DNA from: a virus
DNA: 64,000 nt
Direction: 5' to 3' (one strand)
Virus record (IMG/VR): IMGVR_UViG_3300026484_000390
Location: 4,491 to 68,490 of that record
In this document: positions 10,212 to 19,236 of the stretch, one piece after another
How positions within the stretch are numbered: the first letter of the stretch is position 1
Layout of the letters: the number at the start of each line of letters is the position of its first letter
Notes under the pieces: model-generated
What the model was told of the DNA's origin: nothing
The model's database searches: none
What the model saw: the letters and a program-made list of their open reading frames with translations, nothing else
Position numbers and translations under genes: made by a program

Positions 10212-11753
10212 ATGGAGAAACAAATGAAAAAATATAGTGATTTAATCTTTGAAGCAGCAAATAAAACAAAATTGGATATTAGTATTCAAGCAGCAGGAAA
10301 ATTTTTAACTTCAAATAAAAGAATAGAAGATTTTTTTAATGCTGATGTTATTGTTGAACACAAGACAGATGGTGTAAAAATTACAGCAATGAAAATAGCA
10401 AGTAATGGAACTTTAGATGATTGGATTATTGCTTATAAGGGTAATATTTTATATGAGGGTGAATTTGAATTTGCACCAAAAACAAATGTAAAGAAAAGAT
10501 CAATTGGAGCTAGTCAATTTAGTTTTGTTGTTGAACACTTTGCCGATATTGCTAAAGATACTAAAAAAATCCCAGTAGGTACAGAATTGTTTGTTGAATT
10601 CCTTATGAATAAACCAACATTAAGTTCTAATTATACAAGAAAACACGGTATGATTTTAATCGCTCATACCAAATCTTCTTATAAAGTTAAAAATGGTTTA
10701 TTATTAACAAAACCAGGAATTTTTGATATTTCACATAGAGATGAATACGCTAAAATGGCAAATTTAGATGTACCAGCATTATTATTTAAAGGTAGAATGG
10801 GAACACAAAAAGATTTTGAAAGCGGAATTATTAATACAAAACTTAAGAGTCTATTTAACGAACGAAGTAATGCTATGAATTGGATCACAGTTGAGATTTT
10901 ACTTGATGATATAAGAGAGTTATTTCTTGATGTCGAGAGCCGGTATGGCGGGAAAGAAGAAGGCGTCGTAATTAAATATGATAATGTTATACTTAAATTT
11001 CAACAGGATTATCAATTGGATCAAGAAGCAAGAAGACAAATTAAACTTAAATATCAAGACGAAAATCCAGAAGTTGAAACTCAATATTGGAATAATGTTA
11101 GGCTAGCTGCAATGGAAATTACAGGTGAGATTCAAGTAAAACCAAAATCTGATTTAAAAGATTTAGTAAAAGAATTATCTCAAGGCTTAAAAGATTATAA
11201 ATTAAACTTTAAACATCCCAAAAAAGATAAAACAAATATCGAAGATGATATTCAACTTACTGCTAAACAAATTATTATGAGAAAACTTAAGGGAAACAAT
11301 AATGCTTTAGTTCTTGGAAAATTTAGAATCTTAACAAAGGCGCATGCTGGTATAATTAAAGAAGGTTTGAAAAAATTTGATGGTGTTGTAGTGGCATTAA
11401 TTAGTTCAAAAGAAACAAAAAGTACAAAAGAACTTAGAAGAAAAATGTTGGAATTAACATTCGGTGATAAAATTGAAATATTTGAAGCTACTTCAGGTAA
11501 TCTTATGACACTTATGAATAGAACAAATGAAAATATTAACTGGATTATGGCTGGTTCTGATAGGGTTAAAGCTTATGAAAAAATGTTAGAAAGAAATAAA
11601 GATGTTAAGGTATATGAAATACCGAGGACAGATGAAGATATTTCAGCTTCAAAAGTTATAGCAGACATTACAAATGAAGCTTATTTTAAAAAAAATACAC
11701 CTAAAGAAATACATTCATTATATAATGAAATATTAGAAGTCTATAAAGATTAA
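10212..11753 (+). CDS. Fusion of ATP-dependent ligase-type adenylyltransferase domain and HxGH-like cytidylyltransferase domain
   Basis: EHKTDG (motif I), FVEF, EEGVVIK, LKF; C-terminal GKFRILTKAH, AGSDR, ISASKV. Confidence 0.7.
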   Translation: MEKQMKKYSDLIFEAANKTKLDISIQAAGKFLTSNKRIEDFFNADVIVEHKTDGVKITAMKIASNGTLDDWIIAYKGNILYEGEFEFAPKTNVKKRSIGASQFSFVVEHFADIAKDTKKIPVGTELFVEFLMNKPTLSSNYTRKHGMILIAHTKSSYKVKNGLLLTKPGIFDISHRDEYAKMANLDVPALLFKGRMGTQKDFESGIINTKLKSLFNERSNAMNWITVEILLDDIRELFLDVESRYGGKEEGVVIKYDNVILKFQQDYQLDQEARRQIKLKYQDENPEVETQYWNNVRLAAMEITGEIQVKPKSDLKDLVKELSQGLKDYKLNFKHPKKDKTNIEDDIQLTAKQIIMRKLKGNNNALVLGKFRILTKAHAGIIKEGLKKFDGVVVALISSKETKSTKELRRKMLELTFGDKIEIFEATSGNLMTLMNRTNENINWIMAGSDRVKAYEKMLERNKDVKVYEIPRTDEDISASKVIADITNEAYFKKNTPKEIHSLYNEILEVYKD

Positions 11754-11831
11754 CAAAAGAAGGTCAAAGTTTGCTATCTATTAAAAAAAGAAAAATTTGT
11801 TCCTTTTGGGAAATTATATTAGGAGATTAAA

Positions 11832-12584
11832 ATGAAATTTAAAGATTATTTAAACGAAAAAACTGCGATGACAGGTTTTAAACTAAGTAGATTAATTGGT
11901 TCTTTATCTATCCCTGTCAGTACAAATATGATGGATAGATTAGGATATAGTTACGAAGATGAAGCTTATCATGTTACTGATATTCAATATTTAGACAGTC
12001 TTGTTAAGTTACAGGGTAAAAAGAAACAAATTTCTGCTTTCACTAAAGGCGGAAGTGAATTGATGAGACTGCCTTCTAATCCTACAGTTTTAGTTAAACT
12101 TGAAGGCAATATTGTAATTGATTCCGCAAGTGATATGTGGACCTTATTAGATAAACAAGGTAGGAGATGGATAACATTAGCCGATAAATCAGATGATATT
12201 GGAACAGAATATAGTGAAAAGTTAAAGTTTTTTATTAAGGGAATATTAAATAAAATAGTTAAAAAATTAGGTTATAATGAACTAGAGGCTCAAACATCAT
12301 ATGATTCAGAATTATCTAAAATGGCAAAAAAAGATAGAGCTATTTTGTATAAAGAATATATAAAAGAAATCGAAAAATATCTTGAAAAGGATGGTTATAA
12401 ATTACTTAATAAACATTTAAAAGAAAATATTTCTTATAGTTATAATGAAGTTGTGCTTAATAATTTTAAGATATTGGGAGCATTTTCGTTGGATAACGAT
12501 TATAAAAAACAAGAAATTAAGGATTCGGGAATTAATTATCTCGGAGTAATGTCTAGACTAGACTTGGCAAATATAGGGAAATAA
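11832..12584 (+). CDS. Putative head-packaged protein, possible ADP-ribosyltransferase fold
   Basis: MKFKDYLNEK leader; AYHVT...ISAFT...YNEVVL spaced like the ART H-S-E triad. Confidence 0.4.
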   Translation: MKFKDYLNEKTAMTGFKLSRLIGSLSIPVSTNMMDRLGYSYEDEAYHVTDIQYLDSLVKLQGKKKQISAFTKGGSELMRLPSNPTVLVKLEGNIVIDSASDMWTLLDKQGRRWITLADKSDDIGTEYSEKLKFFIKGILNKIVKKLGYNELEAQTSYDSELSKMAKKDRAILYKEYIKEIEKYLEKDGYKLLNKHLKENISYSYNEVVLNNFKILGAFSLDNDYKKQEIKDSGINYLGVMSRLDLANIGK

Positions 12585-12593
12585 ATCCTATAT

Positions 12594-13844
12594 TTAAAAC
12601 CTATAGCTAAAAACAATTTTAGTTATTTCAGTTTTTTTCCTTTGTATTCCAATATATTCTTCTTGTGATAATGAAGAACCTACACCACCAATTTGTAGTG
12701 CTTCTTTAGACTCAAGATAGGCATAATTTATTTGCATAAAAGTACTTTTACCAAGTCTGTAACCATAATTAATAAAATAGCTATTATTTCTAATATCGAA
12801 TAATTGTGTACAATTTCCTGTATAAGGTGCCCCCACATTACTAGACAACCATCCTCCTTTAGTGTGAAACCATTCGAAATTAATAAAACTTTCATTCCCA
12901 AATGTTTCAAAATCTTTTCTAATTCCCAATAAATTTGCTGCACTTAGTTGTATCTTACCAGTACCGAAATTAAAACTACTTGGTGCTGTTTTTACCATCT
13001 TTGGGTCAATTTCAGAGTCGGCTAACATTTCAAATTTGGCATTATTTGATAAATTCTTAATTCTCGAAAAACCTATACTATCATAAATACTCCATCCTGA
13101 AAATTCTGAGTCATCATATACAATCCCAAATCCAATAGTGTTACTCTCTGCTATTTTATGTTTAGTATAATAAGTATTAGCATAAATATATTCTGTTGTA
13201 GCGTGAATCTTTCCTTTAGAAAACTTATGAATAACTGCCATACCTTTAGTATTATCAATTAAATGTGGAATGGCATGCATCCCGCTTGGAATGTTCAAAG
13301 TATTAGTTTGAGAAAAATTTACAAGTATTTTATGATTTTCATTTATTTTAAATTTAAAAAATATACCCAAAGGGTCTATATCACTCAGGATACTTAATCC
13401 TTCTCCGTCACTCATATAGTCTTTTGTATATTCCATAGGAAAACCATTACCCATAGGCACTATTCCCATTCCCACTAAAATCTTTGGTGATAAATTATAA
13501 GATATATATAAACCCCTAAAAAATAAATCCTGGCTGTTAAAAAGTTTATGAAAATTGGCATTTTCATTATTTCTACTTGATTTTGTACCTGTTTTATAGG
13601 CATAAGGGACGGCATTAAATCTGAAATTTTTATAATGATATTTTATTTTCATTTCAAGACTTATATAGTTCCCTGTTTCTTCGTAGCTTTTTTTATTTAA
13701 TAAAGTTTTTTTAATATTAAATATTTTATCATTAAATTCGCCAGAAAGTCTCCAGTTATTTTGTTCTTTGATTTCATTAGCATTTAATCCACTTAATATA
13801 CTTAATGTTAATATTATTCCTAATATTTTACTTTTAAAATTCAT
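12594..13844 (-). CDS. Outer-membrane beta-barrel/porin-like protein
   Basis: Cleavable signal peptide (..LSGLNA|NE), amphipathic aromatic-rich strands, C-terminal FSYRF BAM signal. Confidence 0.75.
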   Translation of the reverse strand: MNFKSKILGIILTLSILSGLNANEIKEQNNWRLSGEFNDKIFNIKKTLLNKKSYEETGNYISLEMKIKYHYKNFRFNAVPYAYKTGTKSSRNNENANFHKLFNSQDLFFRGLYISYNLSPKILVGMGIVPMGNGFPMEYTKDYMSDGEGLSILSDIDPLGIFFKFKINENHKILVNFSQTNTLNIPSGMHAIPHLIDNTKGMAVIHKFSKGKIHATTEYIYANTYYTKHKIAESNTIGFGIVYDDSEFSGWSIYDSIGFSRIKNLSNNAKFEMLADSEIDPKMVKTAPSSFNFGTGKIQLSAANLLGIRKDFETFGNESFINFEWFHTKGGWLSSNVGAPYTGNCTQLFDIRNNSYFINYGYRLGKSTFMQINYAYLESKEALQIGGVGSSLSQEEYIGIQRKKTEITKIVFSYRF

Positions 13845-14140
13845 TATTCTATACCTCTTTCATATTTAATGGTTTTGTTTTGATATTTTTTTCTAAAGAA
13901 GTTCAAAATCATTTTTCTTTCTTCATAATTTATAACAAAATTATAATCTTTAGTTTTTTCTTTTGAATTGAAAACCCTTATCCAACCTTTATAAGACTTA
14001 GTGTCAATATCCATTTTATTTTCTCTAAAAATTCTAACAACTTTGTTATAAGTAAAAAATTCCAATTCTTTCGGTATGGCAGTAGTTTGAAGGAAGATTA
14101 TTATAATTAATATAATTGGTATTTTATTTATTTTTTTCAT
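13844..14140 (-). CDS. Small exported or membrane-anchored protein
   Basis: MKKINKIPIILIIIIFLQTTA signal-like N-terminus; translationally coupled to the porin gene. Confidence 0.65.
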   Translation of the reverse strand: MKKINKIPIILIIIIFLQTTAIPKELEFFTYNKVVRIFRENKMDIDTKSYKGWIRVFNSKEKTKDYNFVINYEERKMILNFFRKKYQNKTIKYERGIE

Positions 14141-14150
14141 ATCTCCTCCA

Positions 14151-15428
14151 TTATTTTATTAATATTGGCAACCTTAATTCAATTGTAGTTCCTTTATTGC
14201 TTGAGGAAATCAATTCAATTTCTCCGCCAGCATTATTAATAATAAGTTTATTCAAATACATACCGTTACCTCTTATACCACTATCTGATTTTTTTGTACT
14301 AAAATTAGCCGAAAAAATCTTCTTTTGTACTTTTAACGGTATCCCTTTACCATTATCTATAATTCTAAAATATAATGTATTATCTTCTACTTTATTAAAT
14401 AAAATAAAAATTTTAGAAGCATTTGCCTCAAGTGAATTTTTAAAATGATTTAATAAAATGCTAAGAAGATCGGCATTCTTAAGTTTGTCAGTTCCTATTT
14501 TATAATTATCTAATTTTTGGTCAATCTTATATTCAAAATTTGTATTACTAATATTTATAATTTTAAAACCTCCATCAATAATATTTTTAAGAGATTTATT
14601 TCCATTACTATACCTAAGATGTTTAAAACCTTTCATCTTTTCAAGAACGGCGTATATTTGTTCTGATGAAGTTTTAATAAATTCAAAATCCTTATTTAAT
14701 TTTACTAATCGTTTATTTCTTTGAATCCTCTCTTCAGGCAGAGTAGTTATTTCTTCAGTTATTATATATTCCTCTATTAAAAAGGTACTTAATTCATTAT
14801 GTATTTTTTCTATTTTATTATCAATTACTTCTAAAGGGGTATTTAATTCATGATGTATATTTTCGGTTATATTAATCATACTTTTGTTAGCTAATAAGGC
14901 TTCAGAACCAGCATTTATTAAGATTGATTCTTCTTTTTCTTTTTTAATAGCGTTAAATAACGGCCCTAAATATATTATTATTAAAAAGGGCAACAAAAAT
15001 GCCATAGTTTTTAGATATTCCGTAATGTTTTTCCTTGTGTTTAAAGCATAATAAGATTTAGAAGTATTGTTATAAATATTTAATTCATATTTATCGTTTA
15101 TATAAAGAACTTTAGTAAGTTTAGAAAAAATATTGGTATTTCGAGAACCCACTTTAAGGTGGCCTTTTTCATCCGGAATAAATTGTTTATTATTAAAAAT
15201 ATTAGTAACTTTAGTACAAGCAACTATTTTACATAATTGCTCTCTATCGATTTCTCCATATTCTTTAATATTATTGTCTATTTGATTATTTATATAATAA
15301 GCGTGATCGTTAAAAGCCATAGCAAAACTGGCAAAAGCAACAGCATTTATTAAAAATAAAAAGATTAAAATATTTAGAATATACTTTCTAATTATTGAGA
15401 AAGCATCCTTTAGATTGATATCATTCAT
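14151..15428 (-). CDS. Membrane sensor histidine kinase
   Basis: Two TM helices flanking a periplasmic domain; H-box IHHELNTPL, N-box NHFKNSLEA, G1 DNGKGIP, F-box IFSANFSTK, G2 GNGMYL. Confidence 0.93.
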   Translation of the reverse strand: MNDINLKDAFSIIRKYILNILIFLFLINAVAFASFAMAFNDHAYYINNQIDNNIKEYGEIDREQLCKIVACTKVTNIFNNKQFIPDEKGHLKVGSRNTNIFSKLTKVLYINDKYELNIYNNTSKSYYALNTRKNITEYLKTMAFLLPFLIIIYLGPLFNAIKKEKEESILINAGSEALLANKSMINITENIHHELNTPLEVIDNKIEKIHNELSTFLIEEYIITEEITTLPEERIQRNKRLVKLNKDFEFIKTSSEQIYAVLEKMKGFKHLRYSNGNKSLKNIIDGGFKIINISNTNFEYKIDQKLDNYKIGTDKLKNADLLSILLNHFKNSLEANASKIFILFNKVEDNTLYFRIIDNGKGIPLKVQKKIFSANFSTKKSDSGIRGNGMYLNKLIINNAGGEIELISSSNKGTTIELRLPILIK

Positions 15429-15505
15429 TAGTGTTCTGTCCTTACATTTAAATATAACATAATCACTAATGAAAAAACTACTATACTACGGAACATTTTT
15501 TTCAT
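15428..15505 (-). CDS. Unannotated 25-aa hydrophobic peptide MKKMFRSIVVFSLVIMLYLNVRTEH
   Basis: AAGGAG RBS, late promoter 20 nt upstream, stop overlaps the kinase ATG (TAATG). Confidence 0.7.
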   Translation of the reverse strand: MKKMFRSIVVFSLVIMLYLNVRTEH

Positions 15506-15524
15506 AAATAACTCCTTTTGTAAA

Positions 15525-15532
15525 TATTTATA
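15525..15532 (-). promoter_or_regulatory. Late promoter TATAAATA for the peptide-kinase-porin operon
   Basis: TATTTATA on the plus strand. Confidence 0.65.
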
Positions 15533-15545
15533 ATTAAGGCTTTTC

Positions 15546-15570
15546 TTAAATACTGCTATGCAGTATTTAA
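15546..15570. terminator. Perfect 11-bp hairpin between the receiver gene and kinase operon
   Basis: TTAAATACTGC-TAT-GCAGTATTTAA. Confidence 0.55.
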
Positions 15571-15588
15571 AAATAGAATTAAAAAGTT

Positions 15589-16266
15589 TTACTTCTTAAA
15601 TATGCATTTTAAAATATAATCCCGTCTTGTTTTTATATCCATGCTAGTTTTAAATAATATTTTCTTTTTAATATCACCACCAGTTATTTTCTTAAATTGA
15701 TTAATCAATTTTTCATTAGACTTAATATAGGGATTTAAGTTATTACCCGTATAAAACAAATATTCTAAATCCGGATTATTACTATACATCATATTAAATG
15801 CATCAACACCCGTATATTTAATATTTCCTTTTTCAGTCATTTTAGAACCGCCTAATGTAATATCAATAATAGCCCATTTAATATTTAAATTAGATAATTT
15901 CTCATATAATAATTTAAGAGTAAAAGCAGCATGAACCCCACTAATTGTTAAAAGATTAACTTCTTTTAAGTTAATTATGCCTTCTTCGCTAAAGTATTCC
16001 ATATCATCTTTAAGAAAACTTACCATTCCTTCATTATCATCTATTATTAAAATAGTATCTAATTTTGGATTATATTCTGGAAGTTCAATCGCATTTTCAC
16101 ATTCATGAACAAATTGACCCTTTTTACTACATAATTTTCTTAATGGACATTCATTACAATTAACATCAATAGTAATTTTATCATCTCCAAATAAAGCATC
16201 CGCAGTCATTTCTTCATCCACTAATTTTTCTTCTTTCTTAAACACATTTTTTAAAAATTTAAACAT
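15589..16266 (-). CDS. Response-regulator receiver protein with N-terminal Cys cluster and no DNA-binding output domain
   Basis: ILIIDDNEG, WAIIDITL (phospho-Asp), FYTG, ILFK; CNECPLRKLC...HEC. Confidence 0.8.
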   Translation of the reverse strand: MFKFLKNVFKKEEKLVDEEMTADALFGDDKITIDVNCNECPLRKLCSKKGQFVHECENAIELPEYNPKLDTILIIDDNEGMVSFLKDDMEYFSEEGIINLKEVNLLTISGVHAAFTLKLLYEKLSNLNIKWAIIDITLGGSKMTEKGNIKYTGVDAFNMMYSNNPDLEYLFYTGNNLNPYIKSNEKLINQFKKITGGDIKKKILFKTSMDIKTRRDYILKCIFKK

Positions 16267-16277
16267 CTGTTTTCTCC

Positions 16278-16739
16278 TTATAATAATTTTGATAGTTCTT
16301 TGATTATTTCAATAAACATATCTGGAGCCAATACAGCCCCAGCTGCTAATGTGATAACTGCCAGCGCTGTTAATATCATTTTTACATTTTTCATAATGTA
16401 ACCAGTACTTTTAACTTTTTCCCATATTGTCATATTATCAAAAGTGTCAGTTTTAATTTCCTTTTCTTCTATTAATTTTTGAACTAACGTTAGTTTGTTT
16501 CTGATTGATTCATTAAAAGAGTCAATAACAATCTCAGCAAATATTGTTTGATTAGTTTCCAACTTATCATTAATAAAAACCATAAATTGCAATAATTCTT
16601 TATGATCTGGATATTTAGCACTTAAATCTATTATTGTATTATGAAATTCCTTAGTATTTGTACCAAGTGCTTCAAGCTGGGTATTAAAATCTTTATGTAA
16701 TTGTTCTAATGATATTTCCATTCTTTTAAAATCTTTCAC
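16278..16739 (-). CDS. Coiled-coil protein with a C-terminal transmembrane helix
   Basis: ILTALAVITLAAGAVLAP; GGAGG RBS; late promoter at 16759. Confidence 0.65.
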   Translation of the reverse strand: MKDFKRMEISLEQLHKDFNTQLEALGTNTKEFHNTIIDLSAKYPDHKELLQFMVFINDKLETNQTIFAEIVIDSFNESIRNKLTLVQKLIEEKEIKTDTFDNMTIWEKVKSTGYIMKNVKMILTALAVITLAAGAVLAPDMFIEIIKELSKLL

Positions 16740-16758
16740 ATTAGCCTCCTTTTAAAGT

Positions 16759-16766
16759 TATTTATA
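16759..16766 (-). promoter_or_regulatory. Late promoter TATAAATA
   Basis: TATTTATA on the plus strand, 20 nt upstream of the 16739 start. Confidence 0.65.
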
Positions 16767-16822
16767 TATAGAAATTAAGTAAAAATATTATATAATATAT
16801 AATAAAAATAAAGGGATAGAGA

Positions 16823-17998
16823 ATGATAAAGAGTGATTTGCCAAAATGTGATTTTTGTAATAGTGCACAAACAATAGATAATAAGGTAATAGAGGCTGAA
16901 AGTCATGGCATTTGTCAAAGTTGTGCCGAAACAGCACTTTATTTGATGCAATCTCAAGAATTTATTGCAGATGTAAACGATGAAACTGAAGTTAGTGAAA
17001 ATAAAAATATTTCCCCGAAACAGTACAAAGAAGTTTTAGATATGTTTGTAATCGGTCAAACTAATGCCAAAAAAGTATTAAGTGTTGCCATTTTTAATCA
17101 CTTACAAAGGATTAAAAATCCAGATTTAAAAATAGACAAAAGTAACGTATTATTTATAGGACCCACAGGTTCAGGCAAAACCTATCTTGCAGAAACGATA
17201 GCAAAACATTTAGATATTCCATTGGCAATTGTCAATACTACAAGTTTAACAGCAGCAGGTTATATTGGTGAAGATGTTTCAAGTGTTTTAGAAAGGTTAT
17301 GGAAAGATGCTGGTGAAGATATTGAAAAGGCAGAAAGGGGAATTATATTTCTTGATGAAATAGACAAAAATGCAACAGCAGGTGGTGGCACAAAAAATAA
17401 AGATGTATCTGGTAAAGCAGTTCAACAAGAATTACTTAAAATACTTGAGGGCGATATTGTTAAAATTTATCCAGAAGGTTCTTCTAAAAACAGAAAAGCA
17501 GGCGCAGCTATTGAAATAAACACTAAGGATATTTTATTTATTGCGGGTGGTGCTTTTGTTGGGCTTAAAGATAAACCAGGTGTTCAACTGTCAGTACTTG
17601 GACAAGTTCGAAAAGATAGTAATACTACAAATATTCAAATGCAAGAAATGCTCAATAATTTTGGAATTATCCCAGAATTTTATGGACGATTTCCTAATAT
17701 AGTAGAACTTGAAGAATTAGATTTAAAAAGTATGGAAAATATTATGACTGTTCCAGAAGGCAATATAGTTCAGCAATATAAGGATTTATTTAGTCTAAGT
17801 GAAGTTGATTTAAGTTTTTCTAAAAAATTTATAGATACAGTAGCAAATGAAGCACTAAAAGTAAAAACAGGGGCAAGAGGTTTAAGAACTATAATGGAGG
17901 ATAAACTTAATAATGTTATGTTTAATATTGAGGATTATAAAGGTTGTAATATAACTTTAGATTATAAGTATAATAAGGTTAAGATTATTAAATCTTAA
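16823..17998 (+). CDS. clpX: ClpX-like AAA+ unfoldase
   Basis: C4 zinc domain CDFC..CQSC, IGPTGSGKT, GYIG pore loop, IIFLDEIDK, DVSG..VQQELLK, TGARGLR. Confidence 0.93.
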   Translation: MIKSDLPKCDFCNSAQTIDNKVIEAESHGICQSCAETALYLMQSQEFIADVNDETEVSENKNISPKQYKEVLDMFVIGQTNAKKVLSVAIFNHLQRIKNPDLKIDKSNVLFIGPTGSGKTYLAETIAKHLDIPLAIVNTTSLTAAGYIGEDVSSVLERLWKDAGEDIEKAERGIIFLDEIDKNATAGGGTKNKDVSGKAVQQELLKILEGDIVKIYPEGSSKNRKAGAAIEINTKDILFIAGGAFVGLKDKPGVQLSVLGQVRKDSNTTNIQMQEMLNNFGIIPEFYGRFPNIVELEELDLKSMENIMTVPEGNIVQQYKDLFSLSEVDLSFSKKFIDTVANEALKVKTGARGLRTIMEDKLNNVMFNIEDYKGCNITLDYKYNKVKIIKS

Positions 17999-18165
17999 TA
18001 GTATATGTTTGTCTTTAAGATTATAGTAACCTTTTGTTAAGTCATGTGATTGTATATTGTTTCAAATAACTTAGTTTAAATATTAAAAAATAAATCTCTA
18101 ATTTAAATTTGATTTAAGATTAATCTGTTATAATTATATTAACAAAATTAATTAGAGGAAAAATA

Positions 18166-18540
18166 ATGAAAATAAATATCTTAAGAGCAGTTTATGCTGG
18201 AGCTGGTGTTGTACATAAATTAAACAAGTTAATTAATACTTCTCATTACCCTGAACAAGAAGACATTATTAATTATAAATATTATTGTAAGGATGAAATA
18301 AATGTTTTAGTATATGACTATACACCTATTGCTAGGGGTAATATTTTAATAAAATTTCCTAATAAAAACTGGGAGATTCTAAAAATGAATACCAGAATTT
18401 TTAAGGATATTTCTAAATTGGTAACTAAAAAAACGCCTCATATCAGTAGTAAAAGTAATTGGCTATCTTCTATCAGAAGTTCCTCTTTAAATTCAGTAGA
18501 AATTGAAATACCTATTAAAACTACAAGGGATTTAAGATAA
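18166..18540 (+). CDS. Hypothetical early protein
   Basis: Early promoter and GAGGA RBS. Confidence 0.6.
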   Translation: MKINILRAVYAGAGVVHKLNKLINTSHYPEQEDIINYKYYCKDEINVLVYDYTPIARGNILIKFPNKNWEILKMNTRIFKDISKLVTKKTPHISSKSNWLSSIRSSSLNSVEIEIPIKTTRDLR

Positions 18541-18745
18541 TTGCTCTTTACAAAAATATAGACGATAATAAAGAGTTCCATATCGGAACTCTTTTAACCT
18601 CAATAGAAAAAGCACTTTATTGTGATGTTATTCCGTTAGGCTATATAGAGACGAGTAAATTAGATTGGAAAACCGTCATATTCAAGAAGTTAGTGTAAAA
18701 TTATATTAGCAATAGCTAATAGCAGAGAGGCGCTTGAAAAAGTAA
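18541..18745 (+). pseudogene. Degenerate copy of the 19236-19475 gene
   Basis: Shared blocks tagaaaaagcactttattgtgatgt, ttagattggaaaa and cagagaggcgcttgaaaaag, with frameshifts. Confidence 0.8.
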
Positions 18746-18927
18746 ACCTTTATCTTTACAAATTTGTTTTAATTCTCCATTGCATTCATAAATTAACTCA
18801 TTTTTATCATTGAGACTGTAAGTATAGCATATTATTACAAAAAAATTTAAAAGGGAGAGTTAATTTAAAGTTGTTTTAAAGTTAATATGTTATAATTATA
18901 TAAACAAATTAACATTAGGATAACAAA

Positions 18928-19236
18928 ATGGCAAAAACTCCAAAAATATTTAAAATAGAAAGCACAAGAAGAGGAAGAACTTCAGAAACAGTTGGGACAA
19001 TAGCAGAATTAACACAAGCATTTAGTTATACATTAGAATGTGGTAAAAGTTATGAATGGGAAAAAGGTAATAAAAAGATTAACATAGCTCCTAAAGGTAT
19101 TAAAAGTTTAGTTAAAAATATTGACAATGCAGCAAATAACTCAGCGGTAAATGGTTGGTCAGATACAAGTTACTCTGAAGGTACAATTACTGAAGCTGAT
19201 AAAATAAAATATACAGCTGAATTAGAAGCTGTATAA
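18928..19236 (+). CDS. Hypothetical early protein
   Basis: Early promoter and AGGA RBS. Confidence 0.7.
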   Translation: MAKTPKIFKIESTRRGRTSETVGTIAELTQAFSYTLECGKSYEWEKGNKKINIAPKGIKSLVKNIDNAANNSAVNGWSDTSYSEGTITEADKIKYTAELEAV

